Below are positions 26,516 to 39,400 of a DNA stretch of 64,000 bases, piece by piece (positions within the stretch are counted from its first letter, which is position 1; each line of letters begins with the position of its first letter). The notes under the pieces are model-generated. The model did not search any database, had not been told where the DNA came from, and saw only the letters and a list, made by a program, of their open reading frames with translations. The stretch is from Dissostichus eleginoides (Eukaryota), in NCBI GenBank assembly GCA_031216635.1, contig CM062274.1:26356913-26420912 (forward strand), written 5' to 3'. A program made the translations under genes and the position numbers.

Positions 26516-27227
26516 TAAGAATATTGATGTCTCAAATATAACATTTTGTTGTCATATCATCAGTTATATCACACACTATTTGGCAAAGCATAATCAAATA
26601 ATGTTGCATTATGCATTTTAATCTTAAGGATTTGGTTCTTTTCTTGTTTTCATTAATCTTTGCTTGGATTACTAGCTTGTCGTACTGCTTCTAAGACTTG
26701 TTAATTTCTCTTTGCTCTTAAACAGTATGCATAATCACAGTATGCAAAACACAAGGTCAGCACATCATAATGTGTCTCGTTTTTTTACACAAAACAACAC
26801 GGTATTTCTAGCGTTACCTCACAATAGTCAAGACTGAGGAGAAAATGGTTGCTTTTTTAAATCCCATAGTGCAATGTTTTGAAACTTTAAGCCTTCATAC
26901 GTATTGATGTAATATTCTAACTGTACTCCCTTAACAGTACTTTCAGAAACCCATTCTCACAAACACAGACTCTGTACTGGCTATCCCGCATGCTGTTGTG
27001 AATATTAAATCATACTTGCTTTTCTGTCAACGATGATGCTGCTTGTCCCAAGATAAATAAATAAAGGTAAGCTTCAATTTACAACAGATGTCACGCAGTC
27101 TTCACACGGCCCCTTTATTTGTTTTTACAGGAGCTCAGGTAGTCAAATAAACATGTCCCATTTAAAAATGTGTCACCTTGGTCTTAATTATTTTCCTTTT
27201 GTTAAAAAAGATACTAATGAAAAGACA

Positions 27228-27290
27228 GCAGGTCTGATTGGTTAGCTGGCGGCTCTGTTGTGATTGGTCAACAGCTTAGAGAAGCCCCTT
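27228..27290 (-). mobile_element. MITE family A internal fragment
   Basis: ctgattggttagctggcggctctgttgtgattggtcaacagctta matches the core of 2890-2945. Confidence 0.5.
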
Positions 27291-27295
27291 CAGTT

Positions 27296-27900
27296 AGGAT
27301 ATAATACACTTTATTTGTAAAAGTAAACTTTATTTGTATTGCACCTTTCATGCACAAAGCAGCCCAAAGTGCTTTACAGAAAACACAACAACATATTGAA
27401 ATAATATTAAAATTAATACAGAACAAGATAAAACATCTACAGCGATAACATGTTAAAATAAAACAATTTAAAAAAGAAAATGTAAAATGATTAGATAAAG
27501 CAAAACTGAAAGAAATCAGTAAAACATGGACAATGATACTAGTGAGAGTTGAAAGTTAACCCAAATTTAAAGCCATATTCAAAAGTTAGGTTTTTATTTG
27601 CTTTTAAACATTTCAAGGGAGTTTGCTGTTCTGAGATCCACGGGGAGGCTGTTCCATAGGGCCGTGAAAACAGAACGCAGCCTCCCCAGATCTCTTGTGT
27701 GATACCCTTGGAATTTCTAAAAGCAGGGCACTGCAGGATCTAAGGGTTCTTGGTGGAACATAAAAAGAAAGGCAGTCGCTGAGATAAGAAGGTGCTAGGT
27801 GATGTAGAGCTTTGTAAGTGAATAAAAGGACTTGTGATGCCACGTACAAACAGTGTGTGTGTTTCATAGTGATGTCCCTTTTTCACGGAAGTAAACTAAC
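27296..27900 (-). mobile_element. Teleost L2-type LINE/SINE 3'-region repeat, minus strand
   Basis: ORF 27613-27867 (-) reads ..LLFTYKALHHLAPSYLSDCL..YVPPRTLRS..LLEIPRV..RSGEAAF. The rc tail is tgtaaagcactttg..aaaggtgcaatacaaataaa. A short MITE-B-like fragment lies next to it at about 27922-27965. Confidence 0.65.
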
Positions 27901-29152
27901 TCTGGAGGGAACACAGGGATTTTAGCCTTTTTCAGACCATTTACATCCACAAAAACCTATATACAAACCACAGGAAAGAGAAACCCCAAAACAAAGAAGG
28001 GTCTGTTAAATTATAACTTAGCTCTAGGGCTATAAACAACTGTTGATGAATCAGCCAATTCGTTTTTGCATCATGTCGTTCGTCGTCAAATTGATATATT
28101 TGTTAATAACCAGATCTGAAAGACCAGTCTTATATTAATTACCAGCAGCAACTGTGACTCTGGCATCATTTCACCTTTGAGTCTGTGTACGTTTAATCAT
28201 CTTAAATGTGCTCCTGCAGACTCATACTGCGGCGGAAACAACCACGGAAGACAAATGTGGTAATTTACCAGCTGTTTGTATTTCTACTGTATCTGTCTGT
28301 CTGTGGCATTAAAGCAACCATCTTCATTATAAAACTAAAACAGAATCTATATGTTTTGACCTGATGAGCATGTAAACCTAAACCAAGTCTTCATTAAAGC
28401 ATATTCTATATACTACAATGTCCTGTAGATAATTCAAAGCACATGAAGGACTCACTGTTTCACTTTGAAGGGAGAATAAATGAAACCAACAGATTGTTCC
28501 CTTTGTGGATAAATTAAACGACTGCAGACTGCTTGCACCACAATTATCATTCTTCTGTGTCTGTAAACAAAATCATTAGAGGGCCGTTGTAGACGTCTGT
28601 AGTCGGTGTAATAGGGCCACTGATTACTTGTTTTGGTGTTAGCAAAGACATCAGCCTTGGAAGAATATTGGCATTAGTGCTGGGTGGAACCAGGCCTGAT
28701 CAATTTTCTGTTAATGGGTTCTCCGCCCCTCTCTTCTCCTCTTATTTCTTTATTCCTCTCTGCTGTCTGCTGAGCTTGCTCTTCTGCATCTTTGCAGGAA
28801 AAGATAATGAACAGGAGCTAAACTGGCTCGCACCAACCTTTAAAGGTCACATAATATCTTGGCAAACAGCCAGAGAACATTATAAGCCATACTATTGTAC
28901 TTTTCATTTTGTGGCGTCAGGTCGATCCACTGAGAATCGGAGCATTATGAACATTATTTCACTGAGTGATCATCATTTGAAACTGTATTTGTTATGACTA
29001 ATGTGCCCTCTCAAATTCATGAAAGAAAATATGAGCCTTTTTTCTTGTGAGAATAGTATCCAGGGAGTATCGTTTTTCACGTGTTGACTGGTTATTTTCT
29101 TTGAGAAATGAGAACCTGTAGTTTTGCGCTCTTGCTCGCTATGTGTGTGTCA

Positions 29153-29176
29153 CAAACACACACACACACACACACA
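29153..29176. repeat. (CA)n microsatellite
   Basis: Direct reading. Confidence 0.9.
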
Positions 29177-29467
29177 AAGCACAGCAAGAAACAGGTGTAA
29201 TCTGTGCCGGTGGGATCAGTACACTACATACTTGCTATTCATGGTGTCAAGAGTTTGATAAAATCCCAGCTACACTTCAAGTTCAACGTTTGAGGGTTTT
29301 TCTTTTCCATTAGTTTTTTTATCAGCTTCATTTTTTTCCTTCTTTTTAGACCTGACTTTTCATATCTTACAGGTGTACATGACACAGTAGCTGTTTTTCC
29401 CAGCCGTCTTTACGGTGTGATGTGTGGAGCGCCCTGGGCTTCTGTAAGGAGATATTGTTGGTGATAC

Positions 29468-29707
29468 ATGAACAGCAGCGAGCAGCAGCGAGCAGCAGCA
29501 AGCAGCAGTGGCTCTGAGCTCCTGCAGTGTTTGTCCACAGGGGGAAGACAGATGAGGTTGACTCCGGAGTCATCAGCTTCTCCTGGGGAGGACGGAGCTG
29601 ATCATTCTGCTCCTGTGCCGCTCCACTGCTCAACGATTGCATCACAATGCCAAAACCATGAGGCGGAGCAACATGAACGCCCGTTTCTACCCACTGTTCT
29701 GCCTGCA
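29468..29707 (+). CDS. Candidate first exon: (GCAGCA)n-rich leader, then MRRSNMNARFYPLFCLQD..., ending at a G|GTAACT donor
   Basis: ORF 29468-29716 is in frame. ATG codons lie at 29647/29656/29671. The sequence gcaggacg|gtaactatg fits a splice donor. The upstream region is GC- and CA-rich and promoter-like. I recognise no homolog. Confidence 0.2.
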
Positions 29708-31482
29708 GGACGGTAACTATGAACTTTTGTGGACTGGTTGTATAATAAACATGAATATAAACATGTAATACATGTATTTATAGATAAGAATCCCTTCTTC
29801 TCTGTCATAGTGATCAATTCCAAAAAGAAACCAGTAGTGTAAAAAAAGATGTGCAGAAAAAGGTGTTCATGACTAACTGGTATTTATTTTTTCTTTGGTC
29901 AACAGTAAGGTTATGCAACGCTAAGAAAATCAATCAATGTCCCTTGTGACCACACACTGCTGACAAACTCTGCCATGGGTCAGTTAAGGTTGACTCTTTC
30001 CTTTTGAAGCACAAAATAAGCCTAAAATTACAACAATGATTCTTTTAAAAAACAAAAAAGGCTATGCTACTGCTTTGGAAAATGTAAGTATAACTTTAAT
30101 ATAACCTTTTTTGCATAATCGTATGACTTTCAACTTACAATGAAGAGGTGTTAACAGTTTGAACATTGCCAAAACTCTGCTTATCTCAGTATAGAAGAAG
30201 AAATATAACTACTTTTTATACTTTTGATCATAACATATCCCTTTCGGCCTATGACTCCTGCTAACACCATGTCTGTGATTGGTTTTAACACAATTTCATA
30301 CAGCAGGGAAGGATGAGACGTTTCAAGGTTACCGTCTGGACCTTAGCGGCACAGGTTGTGCTTTTAGGGTGGTCTGCAAACCAGATAAAGAACACACCAA
30401 CACAGCGCTGCTAACTCAGACCTCCAGACTCTTGCCAAGAGCGTGTACTCTGATTTTGAGTCCTTTATGCAGAAAGTTTGCATGTTTGTGATAAAATATT
30501 CACAGGCAACTTAATAAGTATAATTTTTCAAATAACATAATTTCCACGACGATACTAAAAAAAAAATCTGTGTGCATTATAAATGATACTTATGGGAGAC
30601 ATGTGCATTGAATATCTCTATGTCTATTTATGTGCATATCTGCTCATGCTCTAGACTTCCCATTGAACGCCTGCATTCAGTCTTGTCTTCAGATGTGTTA
30701 GAAGCATTAAGGAAATGTTCCATCTTGTCAGACTGTCTTTGTGACTTTAACAGAAAAGTGAGTCAGGATCCGTCAGAAACACAAAGCCCACGTGTCAAAC
30801 GGTCACTGCGGTTACAGAGTGAGGTGCGTGACTAACAGCCATGCATTCATCTGCACACAAAGCCGTGCACCACTTTACCTTCGGAGGAAAATCGATCATA
30901 AAAAACATGTTCCTGTAGAATATTCATAACATCTCTGCTGCTCAAATTAAAGATGCTGCATATTTCCTGGCAGTTAATTGTGCATAAAATGATTAGACGT
31001 AAGCCTCTAATGTGCAGTAGATGTATATATTAACAACCAAACTTCTACGCACAAAATTGATCGTTTAACATTGCAATTACTGGGTTGCCGTAGATATATT
31101 TGCATGGGGATTAGACCAAACTCATCTCTATAACCGGTTCACTATAATTATCCTTTTAATATAACATCTGCATTACATAACACCCCACAGGTGAGAAATA
31201 AATAACTAACATTGCAACAGTAGGAATTCTTACAAGTAGTGTAAAAGAATAAGAAAAAAACATGTTTTGCTGCTTACAATATTCCTTTATACTCCATATT
31301 TTGAGAAGAGAGAAGTTTAAGACAGGTAGTATAGAAACAAATAACAATGTTGTTCAATACTTGCTCTTGGAGCCAGCCTCCCTTTCCTTCCTGCACCTTT
31401 ATGTGCTTTAGTGTTGGCTTCATTTTTCAACAAAGGCGGTAACCGCTCGATTAGTAGCAGTACTTTAATATCTTTTCTGTAA

Positions 31483-31689
31483 CTAATTGGAAGCCAGTGT
31501 TAAAGATTTAAAAACTGGAGTAATGTGCTCTGTTCTCTTAGTCCAGGATAAACCTCCAGCAGCAGCGTTATGAACGAGCTGCAGCCGCCTAATGGTCCCT
31601 TTGGGAAGACCAGTTAATAGGCCATTACAATACTCCAACCTACTGGAAATTACAGCATGGGTGAGCTTTTCTTCGTCATTTTGGGACAC
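31483..31689 (-). mobile_element. CR1/L2-clade LINE ORF2 C-terminal fragment
   Basis: AVISSRLEYCNGLLTGLPKGTIRRLQLVHNAAAGGL..HITPVFKSL matches the conserved ..SRLDYCN..LQ.VQNAAAR..HITPVL block of CR1/L2 ORF2 tails. Confidence 0.55.
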
Positions 31690-34179
31690 CGAACCATTGA
31701 TTCTGGATGTATTTTTAACAAGGTAGAAGTATTTCCTTTGAGATGGCTGTTGAAATTGAGACCTTAGTCTGTAGGGAAGCAGAGAGACATGTCGGCTTCA
31801 TTTCACATGTTGGCTGGGAGCTTCTCAGACATCAGCGACACATCAGCCTCCGACCTCCCTTCGGGTCGTCACTGTCCTGAGAGCCAGCGGTCCTGTCAGC
31901 GACACAGCTCCTGGGAGGACAGCAGGCGGATAAATTGTCCAAACTTTTTACCAACCTGACAGTTATCAGAAACTCCAAGGTGGAAAATAGTCAAAGACAG
32001 CTCGATGATGAGTGTAGTGGAAGAAAATGTCACTTCCTGCACCCAGCAGAGCTCGACACCAACATTTCAAAAAGCAATGTCACTTAAAATCTAAAACAAA
32101 ATTCTTAAATGTCAAATCATTAAAACATAATGTATTAGGGTGCCAGTACAGCGTAGAAATAAAGACTGTCATGTGTAATTGCTGCATTTGGATAGCCTTT
32201 GGTAAAATAAAATCCTGCTAAGATCCTGTATATTGCATAAATTATAACTGTACACTATCAGCGATACATGGGAAGAATAACAAAGCACACAAATCATTGA
32301 TGAAAAGATTAGAGGCAATTGCAGATAATAATAATAATAATAATAATACATTTAATTTCAAAGCGTTTTTTCAGGTGCTCAAAGACGGTGGTGATAAAAC
32401 GAGATAAAATAGAATAAAAATATTAAAACAGCAACACAACATAATTCACAAATTCAAAGCCAATCTGAAGAGGTGTGTTTTGGTCAGTGTTTTGAAAGTG
32501 GGGGGGTCGGTGCAGTCTCTGATGGGTGGGGGCAGCGATGGAGAAGGCTCTGTCCCCCCAGGTTCGGAGCTTGGTTCGTGTGGGGATAGAGAGGAGATTC
32601 GCTTCTGATGAACGAAGGCTGCGGGAAGGGGTGTAGTGGTGGATCAGGTCGGTACAGATACTGTATATTTATCTCATGTTGACCATCTTTAATTTAGTTT
32701 TTAACCTCTTATAAATGTGCTCATTTCACTACCAATTGTTGGCTGTATAGAGACTTTTAGTGTGTGGTTTTTTATTTTACTCTGAGAATACTTTTATCCA
32801 GGACTAAAAAGAGGCATTAGAACTCCTTTTTCTTTTCCATATGGTAGTTATAGAAGTTCAATCAATGTCCTTTCATCTATCGAGCTGAAAGCTGTTCAAA
32901 GGCCGGCCTAGCAGAGCATATGAGAGCATGTGTTCCAGAAAGACAAAGGCTGTCAAATGAATGGCAGCAGAGGCACGGGGAACCGAAACAAAAAGGGAAA
33001 TCATTTATAAGCTATTATTATAATGACACGGTTTGATGTCCTTTGTACTTTGTATGTAGTTCCTTATCATTGCTTTAGAAAGGTCTCTTTTATTAAAATA
33101 AGCTACATCATGAAATCAGAATCAGAAATACTTTAATTATCCTGGGGGAAATTGGGTTTCATGACAGTTGTTCCATTTTAGAGTAAAACGGAAAAAAAAA
33201 GATGAAATAACGTTTTTTTTGAATGTAAACATAAGGAATAAAAATGTGCACATTAAAATATATAAATATAGGATTTTAAAGGACATGTCCAATAAAAAAA
33301 GAATAAAATATAATATAGAATACAAATAAAATAGAAATAATAAAATATGACAAACTCAATATTTGACAGAAAGAATAAAATATGACAAACTAAAAATATT
33401 ATCAAAGAATAAAATATCATATAAAGTACAATTAAAATAATTAAATATTATATAAATGAAAAATAAATGAAAAATAATATAATATTACATAAACTTAAAA
33501 TAAAATAATGTAAAAAAATATGATATTATATAAACATACAAAGTTAAGTGCCAGCACATGACTCATGTGTACACTTTTATCCTCAACCAGCTCTGTTTGA
33601 ATGATATAACACTGCTATTTTTAAGAGTTTTATGGGATGTGAGTGTTCTGAACTAAGTGGTTTAAATGCTTCATCTGTCATTCATACCATCAGGTTCCTC
33701 CCCCTCTTTTAACTCCTAAGTACTCTCAATATAACCCAGCGACTATAAGAGTCCTGTACTGCAACAAAGTCCACAGACGCTTGTTGAAATCTCATCGACA
33801 CCTGCGCTTTGCTGAGCATTCACCCTGGATCCGGGCCCTTATCTTTGTTCCCAAACCTCTCTCACAAACAAGTCCTGTTGACTTAGTGTCATCCTCTAAA
33901 GACACTGAGGTCTTTAAGTGCTCACACTTTAGAGTAAACAAGAAAAATATACAAAAACAACTCTGAACTTTTGGTGGTTTTCTGCTGAGAGCTGTTGGTT
34001 GTTTACTCTGAGAAATAAACGGCTGCCTTTATGAGACACTGTTATCCCCTTGTTTTTTACAAAAGGCTTCTCGTTTACCAATACACACACACACACACAC
34101 ACAGATGTAATACTTTTGTAAATGTAGCTATACTACATTTTAAAATACTTTCTTAAAAGGAAAAGTTTTGCATTTAAAA

Positions 34180-34585
34180 TCGTTTGGTATCAAAATGTAC
34201 TCAATTTCAAAAAATGAAGTACTCATTAAGCGTTATGGCCCATGTCATAATGATATATATTAAATGACTGGAGTATTATTGGATGCACAAATATGTAATA
34301 TGTGATGTACTTTTACATTTAGCAAAGGTGGAGCTCATTTCAATAGTTTGTATGCTGCTCTTGGATATTTGAACCCCTAATTATATGTTATTGTTCATAA
34401 TAATAACATAATAATCATTTGCATCTGTAAAGTACCTGGTAACTAAAGCTGTCAGATAAATGTAGTCGAGTAAAAAGTACGATATAATATAGAAGTATTA
34501 AGTAGCGTTAAAAGAAAATACTCAGATAAAGAACCTCACATCGTGAATTCAATACTTGAGTAACTGTACTTCCTTCCACCACTGT
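34180..34585. mobile_element. Possible hAT-like DNA-transposon end with subterminal AAGTAC/TTGAGTA repeats, ending ..TTCCACCACTG
   Basis: aagtactc / gtacttt / tacttgagtaa / agtaaaaagtac motifs recur. The region ends with ccaccactg (rc CAGTGGTGG), as hAT TIRs do. I found no partner end. Confidence 0.3.
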
Positions 34586-35879
34586 GTTGGCGATCACCAC
34601 AATTTGGGGTTCAATATGTCAGCCAAGGACCCTTCAAAAGGACAGGAGAGACTGGGGATCAGACGCCTGATTAATGGACAACCCCCTGAGCCACAGGCAG
34701 AAGAAGCTCTATTGGCAGCAGCAGTAGTACCAGGAGTAGGAGTATTAGTAGTAACACAGGGCATGATGGATTACCAAATTAAAGACTCAAGCCCCAGGTT
34801 CACTGTCAGTTGCTTTAATTTACGTATTGTCAATTTGCATCACTGAAGAACAATATACATATTTAAGGTGCTGCTGCATCTTTGGACCTCTTTGGACCGT
34901 TTGTGAGAAAGAACTCTTACTAGTAAATGTGATGTAAATGATCATTTGTTATCAGAATCAGAATCAGAAACGGGTTTATTGCTGGTAGGTTCACACATAC
35001 GAGGGATTTGACTTGATGTCATGGTGCATACATAAAATATAAAACAAAAATGTAAAGAAGTACATTGATAGCGAACGATATTAAGAACACTAATAAAAAT
35101 ATAGCAAGATAGCAATAAAATGAAATAAAGCAGTAATTTACAACGAAACAGAAAATGTTTACACTACCAACTTTTACAATTTTCATCTTCCAGTTGAGGG
35201 TTTAGAGATTTGAAGCTAATGGCTGAAAAGGTATAGTTTTGGTGTGATAAGGTAACAAAACAAAACTTGGATATTAAGGGAAACATTGCTGTCTTTGTCG
35301 GATAAAATACCACAAATACAATTATTGTGATGACATGTTCAACTGAAACCAACTAAAAGCGGTGTTTGAATGTAATATTAAGTGATTATCTGCCGTTATA
35401 TGGATAGTAATCTCAATATTTCTTGATAAATGTCAATGCACAGGTTTTTGTACTTTATTCTTCTAATCTACTCCACAAAGAATGGAAATATTGTACTTTT
35501 TACTTCTAGTATTTATGTCACTAGCTACTTAAATTAATATATTTCCCATAACAAAGAAGTGGGATGTTTTTTATGAGGTTAATGCACACCTTATGGATTA
35601 ACCTACCCAATGTTATTAATGATATAACTACTTCTCTTTAACAAATGTCTGTATCCATAGCCAAACCTGCAGCGTTGTAGTTCATCCAGTGCGAATTTCA
35701 CAGTACATGTTCAGCATCCTGACCGCCTGGTGTGTTATGTGTTATTTTTCAAGACTTTTGTGCTTCATGGTTTTCCTTTTATTTATTCTTTAAAGGCAAT
35801 AATGTAGTATAATACAGTATGTATATTATATTAACATAGTGACAACAGAGAACTAGACTCGCAGCAGAGTTAATTTTTC

Positions 35880-36200
35880 TTTATTCACAGCCTTTTCCTC
35901 TGCATAGAGACGTTGAATTGAAAGAAGAAAGTATCAAATCAAGTTTGTTCTGTTTTGGTTGAAATTGAGTTCAATTCTCATAAAGATCTCTGACTCCCAT
36001 TGTGCTTTTTGTACGCTCCTATTAAAGCTATTTGTCAGTGTTGCTTGAAACTACGCACACAACACATTCAAAATTGGACACCCTTTTTGATTTCCGCGCA
36101 GCACAAAAACAAACCCCCCGTAGTGCATTAACATCTACGAGTGTGAAGAATGCAAACAAACAGGTGTGGGAGAAGAGTGTGAAGTTGTATTCAAATAATA
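35880..36200 (+). repeat. Unclassified interspersed repeat (family D), copy 1
   Basis: It matches the reverse complement of 40770-40960 plus 41340-41410 (cttcacactcgtagatgttaatg..ggggtttgtttttgtgc..cacaatgggagtcagagatct..caaacttgatttgatactttcttctttcaattcaacgtctc). Confidence 0.65.
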
Positions 36201-36914
36201 TGAATCATTTAAAGATTTTCACACTTGGAAGGGAAGGCATCCAAATGTTCAGAAATATATAAAAAAAAGACAACTGGACATCTCTACTCTGCTGAAATGA
36301 ATAATAGATTTGCTGGCACATTCAGAGAGACTGGCACAGTGGTCTCCTTCTGTTAACTTCAACAATGTAAATGTGCCTATTCTCTTAAATTCACAAGCTC
36401 TAAAAGCCATTTATCGCACTGCAGAAGTGACTAGAATACTTTTTTATTGAAATGCACAACCTTCGTTTAGCACTAGCCGGCCTAATATTTCACATGGAGC
36501 CATGTAATGGGAGCAAAGTGAAGGGCAAAGTGTTCCCAAAGGCCTCTAGGTCAAGTTAACTTTCCGACGTGTTGACATTTTGCACTAATGAAAATGTAGC
36601 CTGTCAGGAACTGTTTCAAGGGTAGAGGTTTATGTCCGGTTCCCGTGAAGGAATCCCAGGAATAATAAAGGTTCATTTATAATTAAGGACTTCACTACTG
36701 CAATATAATTTGCTCAAATGACTGGGAAGCATTGGAAGCAGCAGGGTGGGTGAACTCGAATAACCCCTTTACTACCGATACAAATCATCACTTAGTTTGG
36801 TAAAAGGCTGTTAATATTATTCCTATAAAAACCAATGAAATAAAGGCAAGCTATGGATTATTCTAACAACTATCGTAGCCTAAGATATCTTCTTCTTCTG
36901 TGCCACATCTGCAA

Positions 36915-36982
36915 CCATCAGAGCAGACTGGGCTCTGGTTTCAGAAAGAAAAGAAGATGAACATGAGCATAATAAGGCCCTC
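36915..36982 (+). mobile_element. MITE family A 3' fragment
   Basis: cagagcagactgggctctggtttcagaaag...gagcataataaggccctc|taaa. Confidence 0.5.
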
Positions 36983-38650
36983 TAAAGAAAAACAACAAAG
37001 ATGAGCCACATTATTGGATGTTTCTTCTTACAATGAAGAAGGACACTTAAGTCTATTTTGAGTTATACCCACTTAAACCAACATGCTGCAGTTCAGCAGA
37101 GAGCACCTAGTGGATATTAATGCACATTTAACTCCCATCAAATAAGATAGGATGAAATTAGATCCTGGGGGAAATTGTTGTACAGCAATTGCAGTACAAA
37201 GTATGAATAAATGCAAACAATAAAGAGTATCAATGAAGGGTAAAAAGACGAATCTACACATAAAACACCAAAATAAAACAAGTGATCAGTAAGGACCAAA
37301 GATATCAGAATTGTAAACCTTCTTGGAAATAAAACAATTGCCAAGAAGGTTTACACATGAGTTATTTGCTTTGTTGTATAATGGTGCACACAATTACATT
37401 TTAAAAAGAGCAAAAACAAATCTTATGAAATCATAAAAAAATAAAAAGTAAGTAGGAATGTTTTCAATAAATATAAAAATACAACGGTCAAAATATGACA
37501 AATTACTCTGAAAGGTCAAATAAGTGCAGTATATTAGAATTTAAAGTTGAGCGCTTTGCAGTTTTAAGACTGATAAACAGAACTTTAAAAAATATAGTAA
37601 ATGTGCAGAGTTACCTTTGAGATATCTACAAGAAGTGGCATGAATAGAATATCAAAGAGTATACGGTTAGTTTAAAAAGTAATGTCCCATTATTGCACAT
37701 CCCGGCTCTTAGTCTGCCCCAATTCAGAGAGTTGTAATGAACTGTCATCCACGGAGAGACAGTAATCCGGAGAGAAATACCAAGATTTAAACAAATAGAG
37801 CAGAACACTGCAGGCCTGATAAGGAGGATAAATGTAGAAATGACTCCTATTTGCATCATGTTTTCTAAGACTGCAGTACCGATCTATCCTAGGAAACTAT
37901 TTAATCTTATTTTATTGTATTTACACCTTCAAATCAGAAACTACTCCCAGTATTTATACAGTAGCTTGTCTACTGACAGTGTTACACAGAAGCTTTCCAG
38001 CCTATTGCATCATAAAAATGTGTCGCTGGAAGCCTCATCCAACACAGTGTACACTATGACACCTGCTGATGAGTTATGTTTTCACTTTCAAGCATACAAA
38101 CCATGACATGTTGCTTGACTCGCCTAAAAAAACTACTGCTGTAACCAACGAGCGTTGTCACAATATATGATCAGAGTGAGGACACAAATCTTGCCGTGTT
38201 TACCCCCGCTGACAACCAAGATGACTGAACAATACCTCGACTAGTGTTTCAACCAACTGCACAAATCACAGAGTACAGCGTCTTCCAGCCGCCTCCGATC
38301 CTCTGATTCACTCAATGACTCACCCGGAGGCTTCAGCCCTGATGCTGCTGACGCTCTCAGTGGGCAACATGCTCCCTGATAACAAGGATTTCACTTGTTA
38401 TGCAATCTGCACAAGGACTTTACACAAACTTATGGTAATTACGGTCTCTAAAATGGACTTTCATTAAGAAGAAGAAGACATTGTATTGATCCTACAAGGG
38501 CAAATTCAGTCTTTCACCCTGTTAGAAGATTTCAGACGAACAACTAACGTTTGAAATGTTTATTAACAGCAGCATATAGCTTTATTATGGCGACTTGGCT
38601 CCGGCCCCATCACCCCTGCACATATATATTACACAGCAGTCATGTGTTAA

Positions 38651-39400
38651 AGGGCCCATGTCATGGCCATTTCCACTGATCATAATTCCATTGTTGAGGT
38701 CTACTAAAATAGATTTATACAGATAGATTTTGTGCATTTTTCCAAACTCACATTGGTTTCGCATACAGCATCTCTGTAAAGTATGTGTATTCAGCAGTAT
38801 TCACTCTCTCCACTAAATGGCTCGTTGCAGCTCTTGCCCCCCCTCCCTGTGAGCACAGTGTGCTCTGATTGGTCGGGACGTTGTGAATCGCGCTGAGCTC
38901 CGTGGAGGTGTGGTTTCCTTGTTTAGCGATACACAGCGAAACACAGCCAAACTCATCCTGAGCACACACAAACTCACAGCCGAAGTAAAAACAATAAGTG
39001 TGGCTTGATATTGAGTAAGAAAAAGGTTGATAAACGCTGTGAGAATGGGTCTGCAGAGAGAATTTCGCCGCGATCCCAACTGTCTGTTATCAGCCTGCAG
39101 CCAGGGATGAGAAATCAGCAGAGCTGGACGTAACGTAACGGCTCCACGGATTGGTCCATTTGGTTCCGGGTACGAGCTGACGTCAGCTCGTACCCGGAAC
39201 CAAACGGACCCATCCGTGGAGCAAAGAAAGAAACTGAGAAATCTCCAACGAGGCGTTTTGGGGAGGAATTTCCTATGTTAGAGTTGTACTCGCTACAGGG
39301 TGTACTTTGAGGGTTTGTGACTCTGCAGACCGTTTACATGCATAAAAACCTACATAACACACAAGGTGACGGGTAACCGGAAAAGCATGACATGGGACCT
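38651..39400 (-). mobile_element. Intact MITE family B copy (750 bp) with TTAA TSD
   Basis: ttaa|AGGGCCCATGTCATGG ... CATGACATGGGACCT|ttaa. It is collinear with the split copy at 22572 and 25901. It contains an 84-bp palindrome. Confidence 0.8.
39141..39224. repeat. 84-bp near-perfect palindrome centred on TGACGTCA inside MITE-B
   Basis: gctccacggattggtccatttggttccgggtacgagctgacgtcagctcgtacccggaaccaaacggacccatccgtggagc. The inner 46 bp are a perfect reverse complement. Confidence 0.85.

Noticed and set aside
25607-39079. ORFs 25607-25912 (-) and 38813-39079 (-) of about 90-100 aa
   Set aside because: Both lie wholly inside MITE-B copies and are translations of the same repeat. Neither has a known domain, and their frames differ between copies.
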